Positions 53,987 to 64,000 are shown, counted from the stretch's first letter. The stretch: DNA of 64,000 nucleotides from an uncultured Gemmatimonadales bacterium (GCA_963783305.1 CAWAMW010000002.1:320001-384000); one strand, 5' to 3'. Notes: generated from the letters alone by a model not told the origin. Translations and numbers: made by a program.

Positions 53987-56853
53987 GCCACGAGAACGAG
54001 GGCGTCCGGTTCAGCCTGGACGATACCGCGATCGAGGCCCGGCCGGGCGAGACCATCCTCCAGGCCGCGGAGCGTAACGGAGTGGGGGTTCCCCACCTCT
54101 GCTACACGGAGGGAATGCGCGTGGACGGCAACTGCCGCGCGTGCGTGGTGGAAATCGAGGGCGAGCGGACGCTGGCGCCGTCGTGCTACCGCCGGCCAAC
54201 ACCCGGAATGGTGGTGCACACGGCGAACGATCGGGCGCGCGCGTCGCAGAAAATGGTGCTGGAGCTCCTCCTGAGCGACGTGACCGAGGAGCGCTACCGC
54301 GACGACTCGGAGCTCCATTTCTGGGCCGACTCCCTCGGCGTCACGAACGGCCGGTTCCCGCAGCGCGAGCAGCCGGCGCCCGACTACTCCCACGCCGGCA
54401 TCACGGTCCGGCTGGACGCGTGCATCCAGTGCACGCGCTGCGTCCGCGCCTGCCGCGAGGTGCAGGTCAACGATGTCATCGGGTACGCCAACCGGGGCAA
54501 CGACGCGAAGATCGTCTTCGATTTCGACGACCCCATGGGGCAGAGCACGTGCGTGGCGTGCGGCGAGTGCGTCCAGGCGTGCCCCACGGGCGCCCTCATG
54601 CCGCGCTCCATCGACGCGCCGCTCTCGACGCTCTTCCCCGTCCACGACACGTATGCACCCGCGGAGCTGGCCGGGAACGGCGTGGCGCAGGACGGCGTGG
54701 CCGAGGACGGCGTCAACTCGGTGGCCTCACTCTGTCCGTACTGCGGCGTGGGCTGCCAGGTGACCTATCACGAGGAGGACGGCCGCATCACCCACACCAC
54801 CGGGCGGGATGGCCCGGCCAACCGGGGGCGACTGTGCGTGAAGGGCCGGTTCGGCTTCGACTACGTGCACAACCGGCAGCGTCTCACGCGCCCACTCATC
54901 CGGCGCGAGGGCGTGCCGAAGCGGGCGGACACGCTGGTGGACCCGAGAGATTTCGGCGCCACCTTCCGGGAAGCGAGCTGGGAGGAGGCTCTGGACGTGG
55001 CGGCCGCGGGGCTCCGCCAGATCCGTGAGGAGAGCGGTGGCTCGGCGCTGGCCGGGTTCGGGTCGGCGAAGGGGAGCAACGAGGAGGCGTACCTGTTCCA
55101 GAAGCTGATCCGGACGGGCTTCGGGACCAACAACGTGGACCACTGCACGCGGCTGTGCCATGCCTCGAGCGTGGCGGCGCTCCTCGAGATGATCGGGAGC
55201 GGCGCGGTCTCGAACCCGTTCGCCGATGTCCAGTTCGCGGACGTTTTCATCGTGATCGGCGCGAACCCCACCGTGAACCATCCGGTGGCGGCGACCTTCA
55301 TGAAGAACGCGATCGAGGCGGGTTCGAAATTCATCCTCATCGACCCGCGGGCCACGGAGATGTCGCGGCTCGCCACCCACTCCTTCCAGTTCCAGCCGGG
55401 CACCGACGTGGCGCTCCTCAACGCCATGCTCCATACCATCGTCACGGAGAACCTCATCGACCGGGACTTCATCGACACTCGCACGGACGGCTGGGACACG
55501 TTCCGGAAGTCGATCATCCCGTATTCACCCGAGGCCATGGAGGGGATCTGCGGGATCCCCGCCGCCGACATCCGGGCGGCTGCGCGGCTCTACGCGACCG
55601 CGCCCAACTCCATGATCTTCTGGGGCATGGGGATCGCCCAGCACACCCACGGCACCGACAACGCCCGCTGTCTGATCAACCTGGCGCTCATCACCGGTCA
55701 GATCGGCCGGCGCGGCGCCGGGCTGCACCCGCTACGGGGTCAGAACAACGTGCAGGGCGCCTCCGACATGGGGCTCATCCCCATGGTCTATCCCGATTAC
55801 CAGAACGTGGCCGACCCGGAGACCCGATCGCGATTCGAGGCGTTCTGGGGCACCGAGCTCGATCCGGAGCCGGGGCTGACGGTGGTGGAGATCATGAACG
55901 CCGCACTCCGTCGCGAGATCCGCGGCATGTACATCATGGGGGAGAACCCCGCCATGTCCGACCCGGACCTCGAGCACGTCCGCGAGGCCCTCGCCGGCCT
56001 CGACTGCCTGGTGGTGCAGGAAATCTTCCTCACAGAGACCGCCTCGTTCGCTGACGTGGTCCTGCCCGCCTCCGCGTTCCCGGAGAAGACCGGAACGTTC
56101 ACAAACAGCGACCGCCGCGTGCAGATCGGCCGGCAGGTGCTGGACCCGCCGGGAGAAGCCCGCCAGGACCTCTGGGTCATCCAGGAGCTCGCGCATCGCC
56201 TGGGTCTCGAGTGGGACTACGACGGGCCGGCCGCCGTGTTCGACGAGATTCGCCGCTGCACGCCGAGCATGGCCGGAATCACCTGGGAGCGGCTCGAGCG
56301 CGACCACGCGGTCACCTACCCCTGCCGCGAGGAGGGTGATCCCGGGACGGAGGTCCTCTTCGAGACCGCGTTCCCCACGCCGAACGGGCGGGGCCACCTG
56401 AAGCCGGTGGGTTATACCGAGTCCGCCGAGCTACCCGACGACGAGTACCCGGACATCCTCATCACCGGGCGGATCCTCGAGCACTGGCACACCGGCGCCA
56501 TGACCCGCCGGGCCACGGTGCTGGATGCGATCGAGCCGCTGCCGATGGTATCGGTGAACCCGGCGGCCGTTCAGGCGCTGGGCGTGGAGCCCGGAGATGC
56601 GGTCACGCTCGAGACACGGCGCGGGTCGGTGGCCGCCCTGGTACGGGTGGATCCGAGCGTGCCGGAGGGCGCCGTATTCCTCCCGTTCTGCTACGTGGAG
56701 GCGCCCGCCAACCTGATGACCAACCCGGAGCTGGACCCGGACGGGAAGATCCCGGAGTTCAAGTACTGCGCGGTGCGGGTCTCGAAAGGCGGCGATGTGA
56801 AGCCCGCCGGGTTCGCGGCGGCCACCCTGTCCTCCGAAGGCGACGCCTCCTAG
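53983..56853 (+). CDS. fdhF: Formate dehydrogenase alpha subunit (Mo/W-bisPGD, Cys ligand)
   Basis: N-terminal Fe-S motifs, CPYCGVGC, NNVDHCTRLCHAS, LRGQNNVQG, EHWHTG, PEFK. Confidence 0.93.
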   Translation: MSHENEGVRFSLDDTAIEARPGETILQAAERNGVGVPHLCYTEGMRVDGNCRACVVEIEGERTLAPSCYRRPTPGMVVHTANDRARASQKMVLELLLSDVTEERYRDDSELHFWADSLGVTNGRFPQREQPAPDYSHAGITVRLDACIQCTRCVRACREVQVNDVIGYANRGNDAKIVFDFDDPMGQSTCVACGECVQACPTGALMPRSIDAPLSTLFPVHDTYAPAELAGNGVAQDGVAEDGVNSVASLCPYCGVGCQVTYHEEDGRITHTTGRDGPANRGRLCVKGRFGFDYVHNRQRLTRPLIRREGVPKRADTLVDPRDFGATFREASWEEALDVAAAGLRQIREESGGSALAGFGSAKGSNEEAYLFQKLIRTGFGTNNVDHCTRLCHASSVAALLEMIGSGAVSNPFADVQFADVFIVIGANPTVNHPVAATFMKNAIEAGSKFILIDPRATEMSRLATHSFQFQPGTDVALLNAMLHTIVTENLIDRDFIDTRTDGWDTFRKSIIPYSPEAMEGICGIPAADIRAAARLYATAPNSMIFWGMGIAQHTHGTDNARCLINLALITGQIGRRGAGLHPLRGQNNVQGASDMGLIPMVYPDYQNVADPETRSRFEAFWGTELDPEPGLTVVEIMNAALRREIRGMYIMGENPAMSDPDLEHVREALAGLDCLVVQEIFLTETASFADVVLPASAFPEKTGTFTNSDRRVQIGRQVLDPPGEARQDLWVIQELAHRLGLEWDYDGPAAVFDEIRRCTPSMAGITWERLERDHAVTYPCREEGDPGTEVLFETAFPTPNGRGHLKPVGYTESAELPDDEYPDILITGRILEHWHTGAMTRRATVLDAIEPLPMVSVNPAAVQALGVEPGDAVTLETRRGSVAALVRVDPSVPEGAVFLPFCYVEAPANLMTNPELDPDGKIPEFKYCAVRVSKGGDVKPAGFAAATLSSEGDAS

Positions 56854-57500
56854 CCGACGACGGAGATCCGCGGCGCCAGCCACTCCGCGGCATCCGCCAA
56901 CTCCTCCGGCGTGATGCCGTGGCCGATGGGATAATCCCGCTCCTCGAGCTCAGCCTCCGCCCGCCTCATCGCCGCCCGGCCGCGGACCGCAAGCGCGTGA
57001 CCCACCGCCGGATCGCGCGTGCCGTGCCCCCACCAGAATGACGTACCCGCCACAGCGGCCGGAGTCACGTCCACATCCGGGTGCTCTGGCAGGAACCCGC
57101 TGAAGACGAGAACGCTCGGCACGGCGCCGGGGTTCCGCAGCGCGTGACCCAGGCTCATGGTCCCGCCCTGCGAGAAACCGCCCAGCGCCACCGGGCCCGG
57201 CTCGAAGCCCACCACCCCGGAGAGCCCCGCCATCAACTCTTCCAGCGCCGCCTGCGAAGACCGGAAGCTCTGCACCTCCGGACGATCCTCGCCCTCGTAC
57301 AGGTACCAGGCCCACCCGGGCCCGTACCCCCACCGCGCACCCGGGTGCGGAGCACGGGGCAGCACCACCGCCGCGCCTTGTCCCAGACGACGACCTACCG
57401 ACGCCAGATCCGATTCGTCCGCACCGCGGCCATGCAGCAGCACGACCACCGGCGTTCCGTCGGTCGCACCGTCCGGGCGAATCACCTGGGTCTCCAGCAT
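56850..57500 (-). CDS. Phospholipase/carboxylesterase alpha/beta hydrolase
   Basis: LLHGRG, GFSQG, HGTRD, GHGI. Confidence 0.9.
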   Translation of the reverse strand: MLETQVIRPDGATDGTPVVVLLHGRGADESDLASVGRRLGQGAAVVLPRAPHPGARWGYGPGWAWYLYEGEDRPEVQSFRSSQAALEELMAGLSGVVGFEPGPVALGGFSQGGTMSLGHALRNPGAVPSVLVFSGFLPEHPDVDVTPAAVAGTSFWWGHGTRDPAVGHALAVRGRAAMRRAEAELEERDYPIGHGITPEELADAAEWLAPRISVVG

Positions 57501-57519
57501 CCCGACTTCCCGACCGGGG

Positions 57520-58860
57520 CTACTCGCGGCCGCTCACGTCCCGGAACTCCACGGGGGTGCCGGGGGGCGTCCTCTGCCCGAGTACACCGGCGTCCCAGTT
57601 GGTGAGCCGGACGCAGCCGTGGGAGGTGGCGTAGCCTATGGTCTCCGGTGCGCTGGTCCCGTGAATGCCGTAATGGGGCTTGGAGAGAGCCATCCAGACG
57701 ATTCCGACGGCGTTGTTCGGCCCGGCGGGGAGGAGCGCGTCCTCCTTGCTGGGGTCCACGCGGGACAGCAGGTCGGGCTTGTAGTGCCAGGTCGGATCGA
57801 ACGAGATGGACTCGACACTGAACTCGCCCTCGGGCGAGGGCGCGTAGTCGGCTCCGAGGGTCGACGGGAAGTGATAGAGGATGTTCCCGCCCTGGTCGAG
57901 AGCGTGGAGGTAGTGGCCGCCGTCGGAGATGACGATCCGCGCCACATCACCGCCCCCCGTGTATTTGCCATCGGGCAGCTCCCCGATATGGAAGGCATCG
58001 ACGGCCGGCACCGTCAGCGACTCGCCCGCCGTGACAGTGTTGAGGTCCACGCCGGGGTTCAGCTGCTCCAGGAGCTTAGGAGTGGCGTGGAAGACCTCGG
58101 CGAGCTGCTCGCGCTTCGACTCATAGCAGAGGCACGGCTGCTCGGCGCGCTCATAGACCTCCTCGGGGAGATCCTGGAACGGGCCGGAAATATCCGCCTC
58201 CGTCAGCCGCCGAGTCGTCACCACCTCGCCCTGCGCGCCGCTCTCCAACGCCTCCATGGTGCGCTGGTCCACTCCGCCGCTGGCGTCCAAGCCGTTTGCC
58301 TTCTGGAACCAGTACACCGCCTTCTCCGTGTTCTTGCCCCAGCGCCCATCGATCACGCCTGGCGAGAACCGGTTCATGTCCAGCAGGATCTGGAGCCGGG
58401 CGATGGTGGGCCCCTCGCGATCGCCGGTTATGGGGAGCCCGCGTGCCGGAGCGTTCACGGTTTCGCCGCTGATGTCGTCCCAGCCGAGAGAGTCGAATGG
58501 CGTGGCGTCACTCCCACCAGCGTCCCCGGAGTCTCTGCCCGCGGCAGCGGCGTCTCCGGCCGCACCCGCTGAGGACGCGGTGGCGCCATTTGTCCGGCGC
58601 GCGACCTGCGCAGCAGAGCGGGCTCCGATAGTATCGGCCTCGGCGAACCTCTTCCAGGTCGAATCGAGGCGGCCCGCCTCCAGCTCCTGTGCCGACAGTT
58701 CGGCCGGTCCACTGGCGAGGGCGGTGGCCGGCTCAAGCGCGGTGGCCGGCTCGGCGGTGGCGTCAGCGTCGGAGCGCTGGACATCCGCGTCGTCTCCATC
58801 CACGCAGGCGGTCAGGAGGAGGAAGGCTACGGCAAGGGCGGGGGCATGGAATCGGATCAT
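57520..58860 (-). CDS. L,D-transpeptidase family lipoprotein with PG-binding domain
   Basis: Lipobox LTAC; PGVIDG..T..A..FQ; GPNNAVG, YGIHGT, SHGCVRL. Confidence 0.92.
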   Translation of the reverse strand: MIRFHAPALAVAFLLLTACVDGDDADVQRSDADATAEPATALEPATALASGPAELSAQELEAGRLDSTWKRFAEADTIGARSAAQVARRTNGATASSAGAAGDAAAAGRDSGDAGGSDATPFDSLGWDDISGETVNAPARGLPITGDREGPTIARLQILLDMNRFSPGVIDGRWGKNTEKAVYWFQKANGLDASGGVDQRTMEALESGAQGEVVTTRRLTEADISGPFQDLPEEVYERAEQPCLCYESKREQLAEVFHATPKLLEQLNPGVDLNTVTAGESLTVPAVDAFHIGELPDGKYTGGGDVARIVISDGGHYLHALDQGGNILYHFPSTLGADYAPSPEGEFSVESISFDPTWHYKPDLLSRVDPSKEDALLPAGPNNAVGIVWMALSKPHYGIHGTSAPETIGYATSHGCVRLTNWDAGVLGQRTPPGTPVEFRDVSGRE

Positions 58861-58899
58861 GGTTCCTCTCGTCGGTCGTGTAACACCGACTGATCCGGG

Positions 58900-58915
58900 T
58901 GCAATGGCCGTGCCC
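58900..58915 (-). promoter_or_regulatory. Putative sigma54 -24/-12 promoter
   Basis: GGGCACGGCCATTGCA, ending about 40 nt upstream of the L,D-transpeptidase ATG. Confidence 0.65.
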
Positions 58916-59050
58916 CCGCGCGCGGTCGGTGGCTGCGTTGGCTACCGGTGCGGCGTCCACGGAGCCAGCCGGTGAGCGCCGCGGCCCCGGGTGACCGCGC
59001 GACCCCGGGGGAGCGCCGCTGCCTCGCGCCGCCGCTGCCTCGCGCCGCCG

Positions 59051-60634
59051 CTAGCCTTGGACGCCGGCCACCTTTTCCAGGTGGGCGAACAGGTCGGCCT
59101 GGCGCTGGCCGCCACTGTGGATGACCTCGGCGGCCTTCATGAGCTGGGCGTCGTGCTCGGCGTCCCTCTCCTTGGCGAAACCCTCGCCGAACGCGAGGCG
59201 GCCGATGCGGTCGAGAAGGACGCGGTCAATGTAGGTGGAGCCGGCATCGAACAGAGGTCGGTCGAGCTCGATCCCTTTCGCGACCAGCCGGTCGTAGAGC
59301 TCGGTCCGCCATTCGGGACGGATCACGAAGTCGCGGCCGACGTCGACCTTGAGCTCCTCCGCCAGGTCGAAGAGGGTGACGCTGAACTCCGGCGATCGGG
59401 CGAGGAGCACCTTCACGAGATCCTGCTCGTCGGTGGTGAGGGTGTCGGGCTCCACCTCGAGGTCGGGCATGATCCCTCCGCCGCCGTAGACTACGCGACC
59501 GGCATCGGAGTGGTAGGTGGGGCGCTGGTCGCGGCCGGCGCCGAAGTGGACGGAGTCCTCCACCTCCACGAGGCGTCCATTCTCGAGCACGCGCTCCCTG
59601 TGTATGCTGCGTCCGCTGGGTGTGAACCATTTGCCGGTGGTCATCTTGAGGACGTAGCCGCCCTCAACGCGGTAGGCCGTCTGCACCAATCCCTTCCCGA
59701 AGGAGGTGGTGCCCAGCACCACGGCCCGGTCGTGGTCCTGGAGCGCGCCCGCGACGATCTCCGACGCGGACGCCGAAGCGCCGTCCACGAGGATCACCAG
59801 CGGGAGGTCCGGCGCGAGCGGTGGGTTCTCGCTGCGGTACTCGAAGTCCTCGCTCCCTCGCTCCCACTGCCGGGCCACCTGGGCGCCCTTCGGCAGGAAC
59901 ATGCCGGCGATCTGGACGGCCTGCTCCACGATCCCGCCGCCGTTGCCACGGAGGTCCAGCACGAGCCCCGCCACGCCCGCCGCCTCGAGCTCGCGCACGG
60001 AGGCCGCCACCTCGCGGGCGGCGGTCTCGTTGAACTGGAGGAGCGGGATATAGCCGATATCACCCTTCACGGTGGTCGCATACGGGACGGCGGGGATCCG
60101 CACCACGGCGCGCGTCATCCGCGTCTCTATGGGACGCGAGACGCCGTACCGGGCAAAGACCACTTCCACCTCGGTGCCGGGCTCACCCTTGAGTGCGTTC
60201 GAGACCTTCTCGAGGGGCCACCCCGCCACCGCCTCACCAGACACGGCCATGATCCGGTCGCCCATCTGCACGCCGGTCCGCTCGGCCGGCGTGCTGGGGA
60301 AAACGCGTCGCACGACGGGTGTGCCCTCCTGCGTCTCGATCAGCATCCCGACGCCGGCGTAGTGGCCTTCGTAGGCCACCGTGAACTCCTCCATTTCCTC
60401 GGGACTGAACAGGTCGGCGTAGGGGTCTTCCAGCCGGTCGACCAGCCCCACGGCCGCGCGCTCATAGACCTCGGAGACGTCCAGTGTATCGACGTATCGT
60501 GTGGTTACGAGGGTGAGGACATCGCGGAAGAGCTCGGGGCCGGTCTGCGCGTCCTGGTCGGGGAGGACATAGCCTCCCAGCAGGAAAGTGGCGGCGAGGA
60601 CCGCTGCGAAACCGGCCTTTCGTACGTGCTGCAT
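59051..60634 (-). CDS. S41 C-terminal processing peptidase with PDZ domain
   Basis: GVGM (PDZ), LDLRGNGGG, SASASEIVAGALQD, FGKGLVQ, GGGIMPD. Confidence 0.95.
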   Translation of the reverse strand: MQHVRKAGFAAVLAATFLLGGYVLPDQDAQTGPELFRDVLTLVTTRYVDTLDVSEVYERAAVGLVDRLEDPYADLFSPEEMEEFTVAYEGHYAGVGMLIETQEGTPVVRRVFPSTPAERTGVQMGDRIMAVSGEAVAGWPLEKVSNALKGEPGTEVEVVFARYGVSRPIETRMTRAVVRIPAVPYATTVKGDIGYIPLLQFNETAAREVAASVRELEAAGVAGLVLDLRGNGGGIVEQAVQIAGMFLPKGAQVARQWERGSEDFEYRSENPPLAPDLPLVILVDGASASASEIVAGALQDHDRAVVLGTTSFGKGLVQTAYRVEGGYVLKMTTGKWFTPSGRSIHRERVLENGRLVEVEDSVHFGAGRDQRPTYHSDAGRVVYGGGGIMPDLEVEPDTLTTDEQDLVKVLLARSPEFSVTLFDLAEELKVDVGRDFVIRPEWRTELYDRLVAKGIELDRPLFDAGSTYIDRVLLDRIGRLAFGEGFAKERDAEHDAQLMKAAEVIHSGGQRQADLFAHLEKVAGVQG

Positions 60635-60722
60635 TCGGGATCCTGCGGCTATAGGAAGTGTGGAGGGCGGTGCCGCCCGGTATGTCTACTACTCAACGCG
60701 CCAGAGCTGGTTCCCCTGCCAG

Positions 60723-61766
60723 TCAGTCCAGGGTGGCGATCTCGATGTTCCGGATGTGCTCCCCGTAGTGCTCCTTGTAAAAGATCTTCCGCTCGACGGC
60801 CTCGATCACCGGCTCTCCGAAGTCCACATCCTGGAGCCGCCCCGCCACGTTCAGGCCGCCGGCGCTGATGGTATTGATCTCCACCAGCTTGTCGCCGACG
60901 ATGTCCAGGCCGGCGAAGAAGATGCCGTCCTTGATCAGCTTGGGGCCCACGATTGCGGCGAGTCGCAGCATCCCCTCGTCGACATCCGGCAGCGCTGCCT
61001 TCCCGCCCGCGCTCATGTTGCTCCGGAAGTCGTCCGCGGGTGTGGCACGCAGCACCGCCGCGTGCTTTCCGTCCACCACGAGAGGCTTGCCGTTGACGAG
61101 GAACAGGCGCGTGTCGCCTTCCGCGGCCTCGGGCAGGAACTCCTGCGCGATAATGTAGCTGTTCCTGCTCACCGACTCCACGATCTGATGCAGGTTCTCG
61201 GCGTCCTCCTTCACCAGGAAGACATCCGTGCCGCCGTACCCCATGAGCGGTTTCACCACGATCTTCCGCCCGTGCTCCTCGTGGAAGGCCTTCACCCGCT
61301 CGTAGCTGCGGGTGATGATACTCGCCGGCCGCACCCGCTCAGGGAACTGCTGGAAGTACATCTTGCTGGTGGCCCACGAGAGGCTGTACGGGTGGTTCAG
61401 CACCACTACGCCGTGCTCGAGGGCGAGCTGGCCAAAGAGCATGGGAGAGTTCTGCGTCCACGCCGCCTCCCCCTCTTCCCCCGGGTTGTAGCGGAGCCAG
61501 ATCACGTCCAGCTCGCGGGTGCTGACCATGGCCGTCTCCGCGTCCCGCCCCTGCACCACGTCCAGGAAGGCCTGCTGGGATTTCACGTCCGTGCCGGGGC
61601 CCACGCGTGCCATGGCGCCCACGTGACCGTCATCGAAGTATTCGAGCTCGCCCACACCGGTAACATAGACGTCGTGCCCTCTGCGGCACGCGGCTGTGGC
61701 AAGCACGGTGCTGGTCGCGGTGTCGATCTCGGTGTTCACGTCGTTCAGTACAAAGAGAATCTTCAT
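60723..61766 (-). CDS. gshB: Glutathione synthetase-like ATP-grasp ligase
   Basis: WLRYNP, VVKPLMGYGG..VF, QEFLP..GDTR, FRSNMSAGG, GLDIVG..EIN. Confidence 0.8.
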   Translation of the reverse strand: MKILFVLNDVNTEIDTATSTVLATAACRRGHDVYVTGVGELEYFDDGHVGAMARVGPGTDVKSQQAFLDVVQGRDAETAMVSTRELDVIWLRYNPGEEGEAAWTQNSPMLFGQLALEHGVVVLNHPYSLSWATSKMYFQQFPERVRPASIITRSYERVKAFHEEHGRKIVVKPLMGYGGTDVFLVKEDAENLHQIVESVSRNSYIIAQEFLPEAAEGDTRLFLVNGKPLVVDGKHAAVLRATPADDFRSNMSAGGKAALPDVDEGMLRLAAIVGPKLIKDGIFFAGLDIVGDKLVEINTISAGGLNVAGRLQDVDFGEPVIEAVERKIFYKEHYGEHIRNIEIATLD

Positions 61767-63649
61767 TCAGTCCGGGAGCCAGTGGAGGTTCGAGGGTCGG
61801 CGACCATGGCGTGGAGCGGCAGGCCGTCCCGCAGCTTCTTCAGCCGGGCCCGGGGCTCCTTCTGGTCGAGGAATCGGGGCATGAGCGGCACGGGCCCGAG
61901 GACGCCGCGCTCCCGCAGTTCACTGATCACGCCCAGGTGCCGTATGGCGATCTTGCCGACGTAGAGCGGCTTGATCGGCCCGCCGTCCCGCAGGTATTCC
62001 ACCACATCCACGAAGCCGCGCAGGTAGATGTGGTCGCGGGTGAAGCCGCCGCTGGAGTATGCGCGGGTGGTGATGTCGAACGCGCTCCACGGTGTAAAGC
62101 CGTGGTCGCGATGGAGACGCCGGAACGTTTCCAGGAAGTCCGCCCCATCGATGCAGCAGTCCACAGCCAGCACGCGTCCCGCCAGGAGCCGGATCCGGGT
62201 GGGAGTGAGGCCGCCCACGAGGAACTCCGCGAGGACCCCGAGTCCCTCCTGTGTTTCGTCGTATTCCGCGAACCCGCTGGCGAGCTGGAGGAACGGCTGC
62301 GCGGCGCCGTTCACGTAGGTCAGGACATGCGTTCCCACCTCGTGCTGAAGGAGGGCTTCGACCCGATCGGGCGAGAGGGACAGGTCGCGTCCGATCAGGA
62401 GCCGACCCGCAGAGACCATGAGGCCCACGAGGTCCGGCCGCACCTGGATCTCCGAGCGGAACGCCGGATACAGGCGCCGGTAGTGGTCGAACTCCCGCTC
62501 GGCCCGCCGGGCGAATTCCACCGCTCCCACCCGCTCCTTCGGCGGCCCTCCACCATCGGGCCTCTCCACCTCGGACAGGATTTCCTTCGCGCGATCTCGC
62601 AGCGCCGCGTCCACGGGGCCGAACAGGCGGATGGCGCTGTGGAGGAACTGGGGCGAGTTGCGCTCGGCCAGGAGGCTGATCTGCTTGTCCAGCTCTTCGC
62701 GCTTGTCGCGCAGCAGTTTCCAGGCGGCCGGGTCGTCCACGTCCTCCAGCCGGATCTGGTACAGCTCCCGCTTCACCAGGTCCGGCTCGAGTGGCAGCAG
62801 CCGGTAGTGCAGCTCCGGCGGGCTGCGGTAGCCCGCCGCCCGGAACCGCTCCCACGCCGCCCTGTGGTTCACCGGCGCCACGAGCAGCAGCGTATCGAAG
62901 GAGGCGCTGATCTCCGCCAGTCTGCGGTCGGCTTCCCACACCGCCTCGCCGAGGGAGCGCCGGCCGAGCGCGCGGTAGCTTGGCAGCGTGGTTCCGGTCT
63001 GGACCCGGAGGAACTCGAACATCGAGTTCCGCAGGATCGTCGATAGGGCGTGGGCGAAATGGCGCAGGAAGACCGGGTAGAGCTTGCCCGTCTCTGCGTC
63101 GCGCCACTCTTCCGGAAGCTCCACTCCCACGAGGAGTGCGCCGAGCTCGTGGAGCTTCGAGACCGGAAACAGGGGTCCGAGGGCGGGCGGATGCCGGTCG
63201 TCTGTGCCCGACACCTCCACCGTCGAGCCGGGTGTGCGGCTCAGGCCCGCCAGCCCATCCGCCAGCGTCCGGACCGTGGCGGGCGCCGGCCCGTCCGGAC
63301 CCAACACGCGGTACCGGTCGCCCGCCCACATCTCGATGAGCAGGAATGCGCCGTGCTCGTCCACGCCCGCGGCTGCCACCTGCCGCGCCGTCTCCACGAC
63401 GAGCTCCGGGTCGGCTTCCGGCCCCGCGCGCAGGTACGCAGCCTCGCCGCGTACCAGGTGCGCCATGGGAGACCCGGGCTCCGCGTTCCGGACGATGACC
63501 AGAAACGGCCGGGATCCGTCCACCACCAGGCGTACGCCACCGGCCGACGCGTCCAGGGGGATGCCACGGCGGAAGGCGTCGCGGATCGCCCGCGGGTCCG
63601 CGACGCCGTCCAGGTCAGGACTGCTCGCCCAGTTGCTCGTTTCTTCCAT
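61763..63649 (-). CDS. DUF1704 / QEGLA-motif metallopeptidase
   Basis: HEVGTH (HExxxH), TQEGLGVLAE, GGFTRDHIYLRG, LYVGKI; ATGA overlap with gshB-like gene. Confidence 0.85.
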   Translation of the reverse strand: MEETSNWASSPDLDGVADPRAIRDAFRRGIPLDASAGGVRLVVDGSRPFLVIVRNAEPGSPMAHLVRGEAAYLRAGPEADPELVVETARQVAAAGVDEHGAFLLIEMWAGDRYRVLGPDGPAPATVRTLADGLAGLSRTPGSTVEVSGTDDRHPPALGPLFPVSKLHELGALLVGVELPEEWRDAETGKLYPVFLRHFAHALSTILRNSMFEFLRVQTGTTLPSYRALGRRSLGEAVWEADRRLAEISASFDTLLLVAPVNHRAAWERFRAAGYRSPPELHYRLLPLEPDLVKRELYQIRLEDVDDPAAWKLLRDKREELDKQISLLAERNSPQFLHSAIRLFGPVDAALRDRAKEILSEVERPDGGGPPKERVGAVEFARRAEREFDHYRRLYPAFRSEIQVRPDLVGLMVSAGRLLIGRDLSLSPDRVEALLQHEVGTHVLTYVNGAAQPFLQLASGFAEYDETQEGLGVLAEFLVGGLTPTRIRLLAGRVLAVDCCIDGADFLETFRRLHRDHGFTPWSAFDITTRAYSSGGFTRDHIYLRGFVDVVEYLRDGGPIKPLYVGKIAIRHLGVISELRERGVLGPVPLMPRFLDQKEPRARLKKLRDGLPLHAMVADPRTSTGSRTE

Positions 63650-63954
63650 GGTTCGGTAGGTATGTGCAAGAACGGTGCTGCGGCGGGCACGGCGCCAACA
63701 CGGCTCTCTCCCGGCGGGGCCCGGGCACCGCTCCCGTCATGCACGTTCTCCGGGGACCCCGCTCGGCGGCTCGCCGGAGGGCTCGCAGCGCAGTCCAGGC
63801 GGAGACAGGCCCTGCCACCAGAAATGGCTTCGCTCTTCGGGTGCCACGTGGAGTGCCACGAGCGGCGGATTTCGATGCGGCTGGACGCCGGCGGCGACCT
63901 CCCGTTGCCAACCGGGGCGACCCCAGCCATTTTTTCGCACGGACCCTTCCAACT

Positions 63955-64000
63955 ATGATCGTGACCGACCACCGTTCCGAAATGCCGCGCGAAGCCCATG
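63955..64000 (+). CDS. Possible 5' end of a divergent gene (MIVTDHRSEMPREAH...)
   Basis: ATG open to window end, preceded by TTGCCA-N17-CATTTT (63905-63933). Confidence 0.3.
   Translation, partial: MIVTDHRSEMPREAH

Noticed and set aside
55130..55170. Selenocysteine in FDH alpha
   Set aside because: The active site reads CTRLCHAS with a TGC Cys codon; no in-frame TGA.
58720..58765. In-frame repeats in the L,D-transpeptidase linker (EPATA x2) and FDH alpha (GVAQD/GVAED, near 54680)
   Set aside because: Ordinary low-complexity linker expansions.
63665..63680. Sigma54-like motif CAGCACCGTTCTTGCA upstream of DUF1704
   Set aside because: Lacks the invariant GG at -24.

Overview
A high-GC bacterial chromosomal window with about 60 genes; gene content and style suggest Gemmatimonadota, which is an inference only. 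No rRNA, tRNA, CRISPR array, prophage or intact transposase was seen. Main blocks: (1) a tightly coupled signalling operon of MASE2-like hybrid kinase, receiver, RsbW-like, STAS, patatin and REC-PP2C, facing an ECF sigma gene; (2) an aroF-chorismate mutase-tyrA operon preceded by an apparently leaderless Tyr-rich leader peptide, an antiterminator and an intrinsic terminator; (3) ispG, cydAB, gdhA, bcp and a PAS/GAF kinase, with a ~330-bp self-complementary element between cydB and gdhA; (4) an epimerase-ECF sigma-anti-sigma-YbjQ operon and a frameshifted EamA transporter; (5) an ~11-kb minus-strand run in which the three subunits of a 4-hydroxybenzoyl-CoA-reductase-like molybdo-flavoenzyme are interleaved with an ABC-F ATPase, a nitroreductase, kaiB, kaiC, a PAS-GAF kinase and a SPOR lipoprotein; (6) a divergent Moco-maturation/thiI cluster; (7) a two-subunit NAD-linked formate dehydrogenase, cell-wall enzymes, an S41 peptidase and a DUF1704(QEGLA)-gshB-like pair. 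Product calls come from motif recognition by eye, not database searches. Many start codons were moved from the ORF track to more plausible positions.
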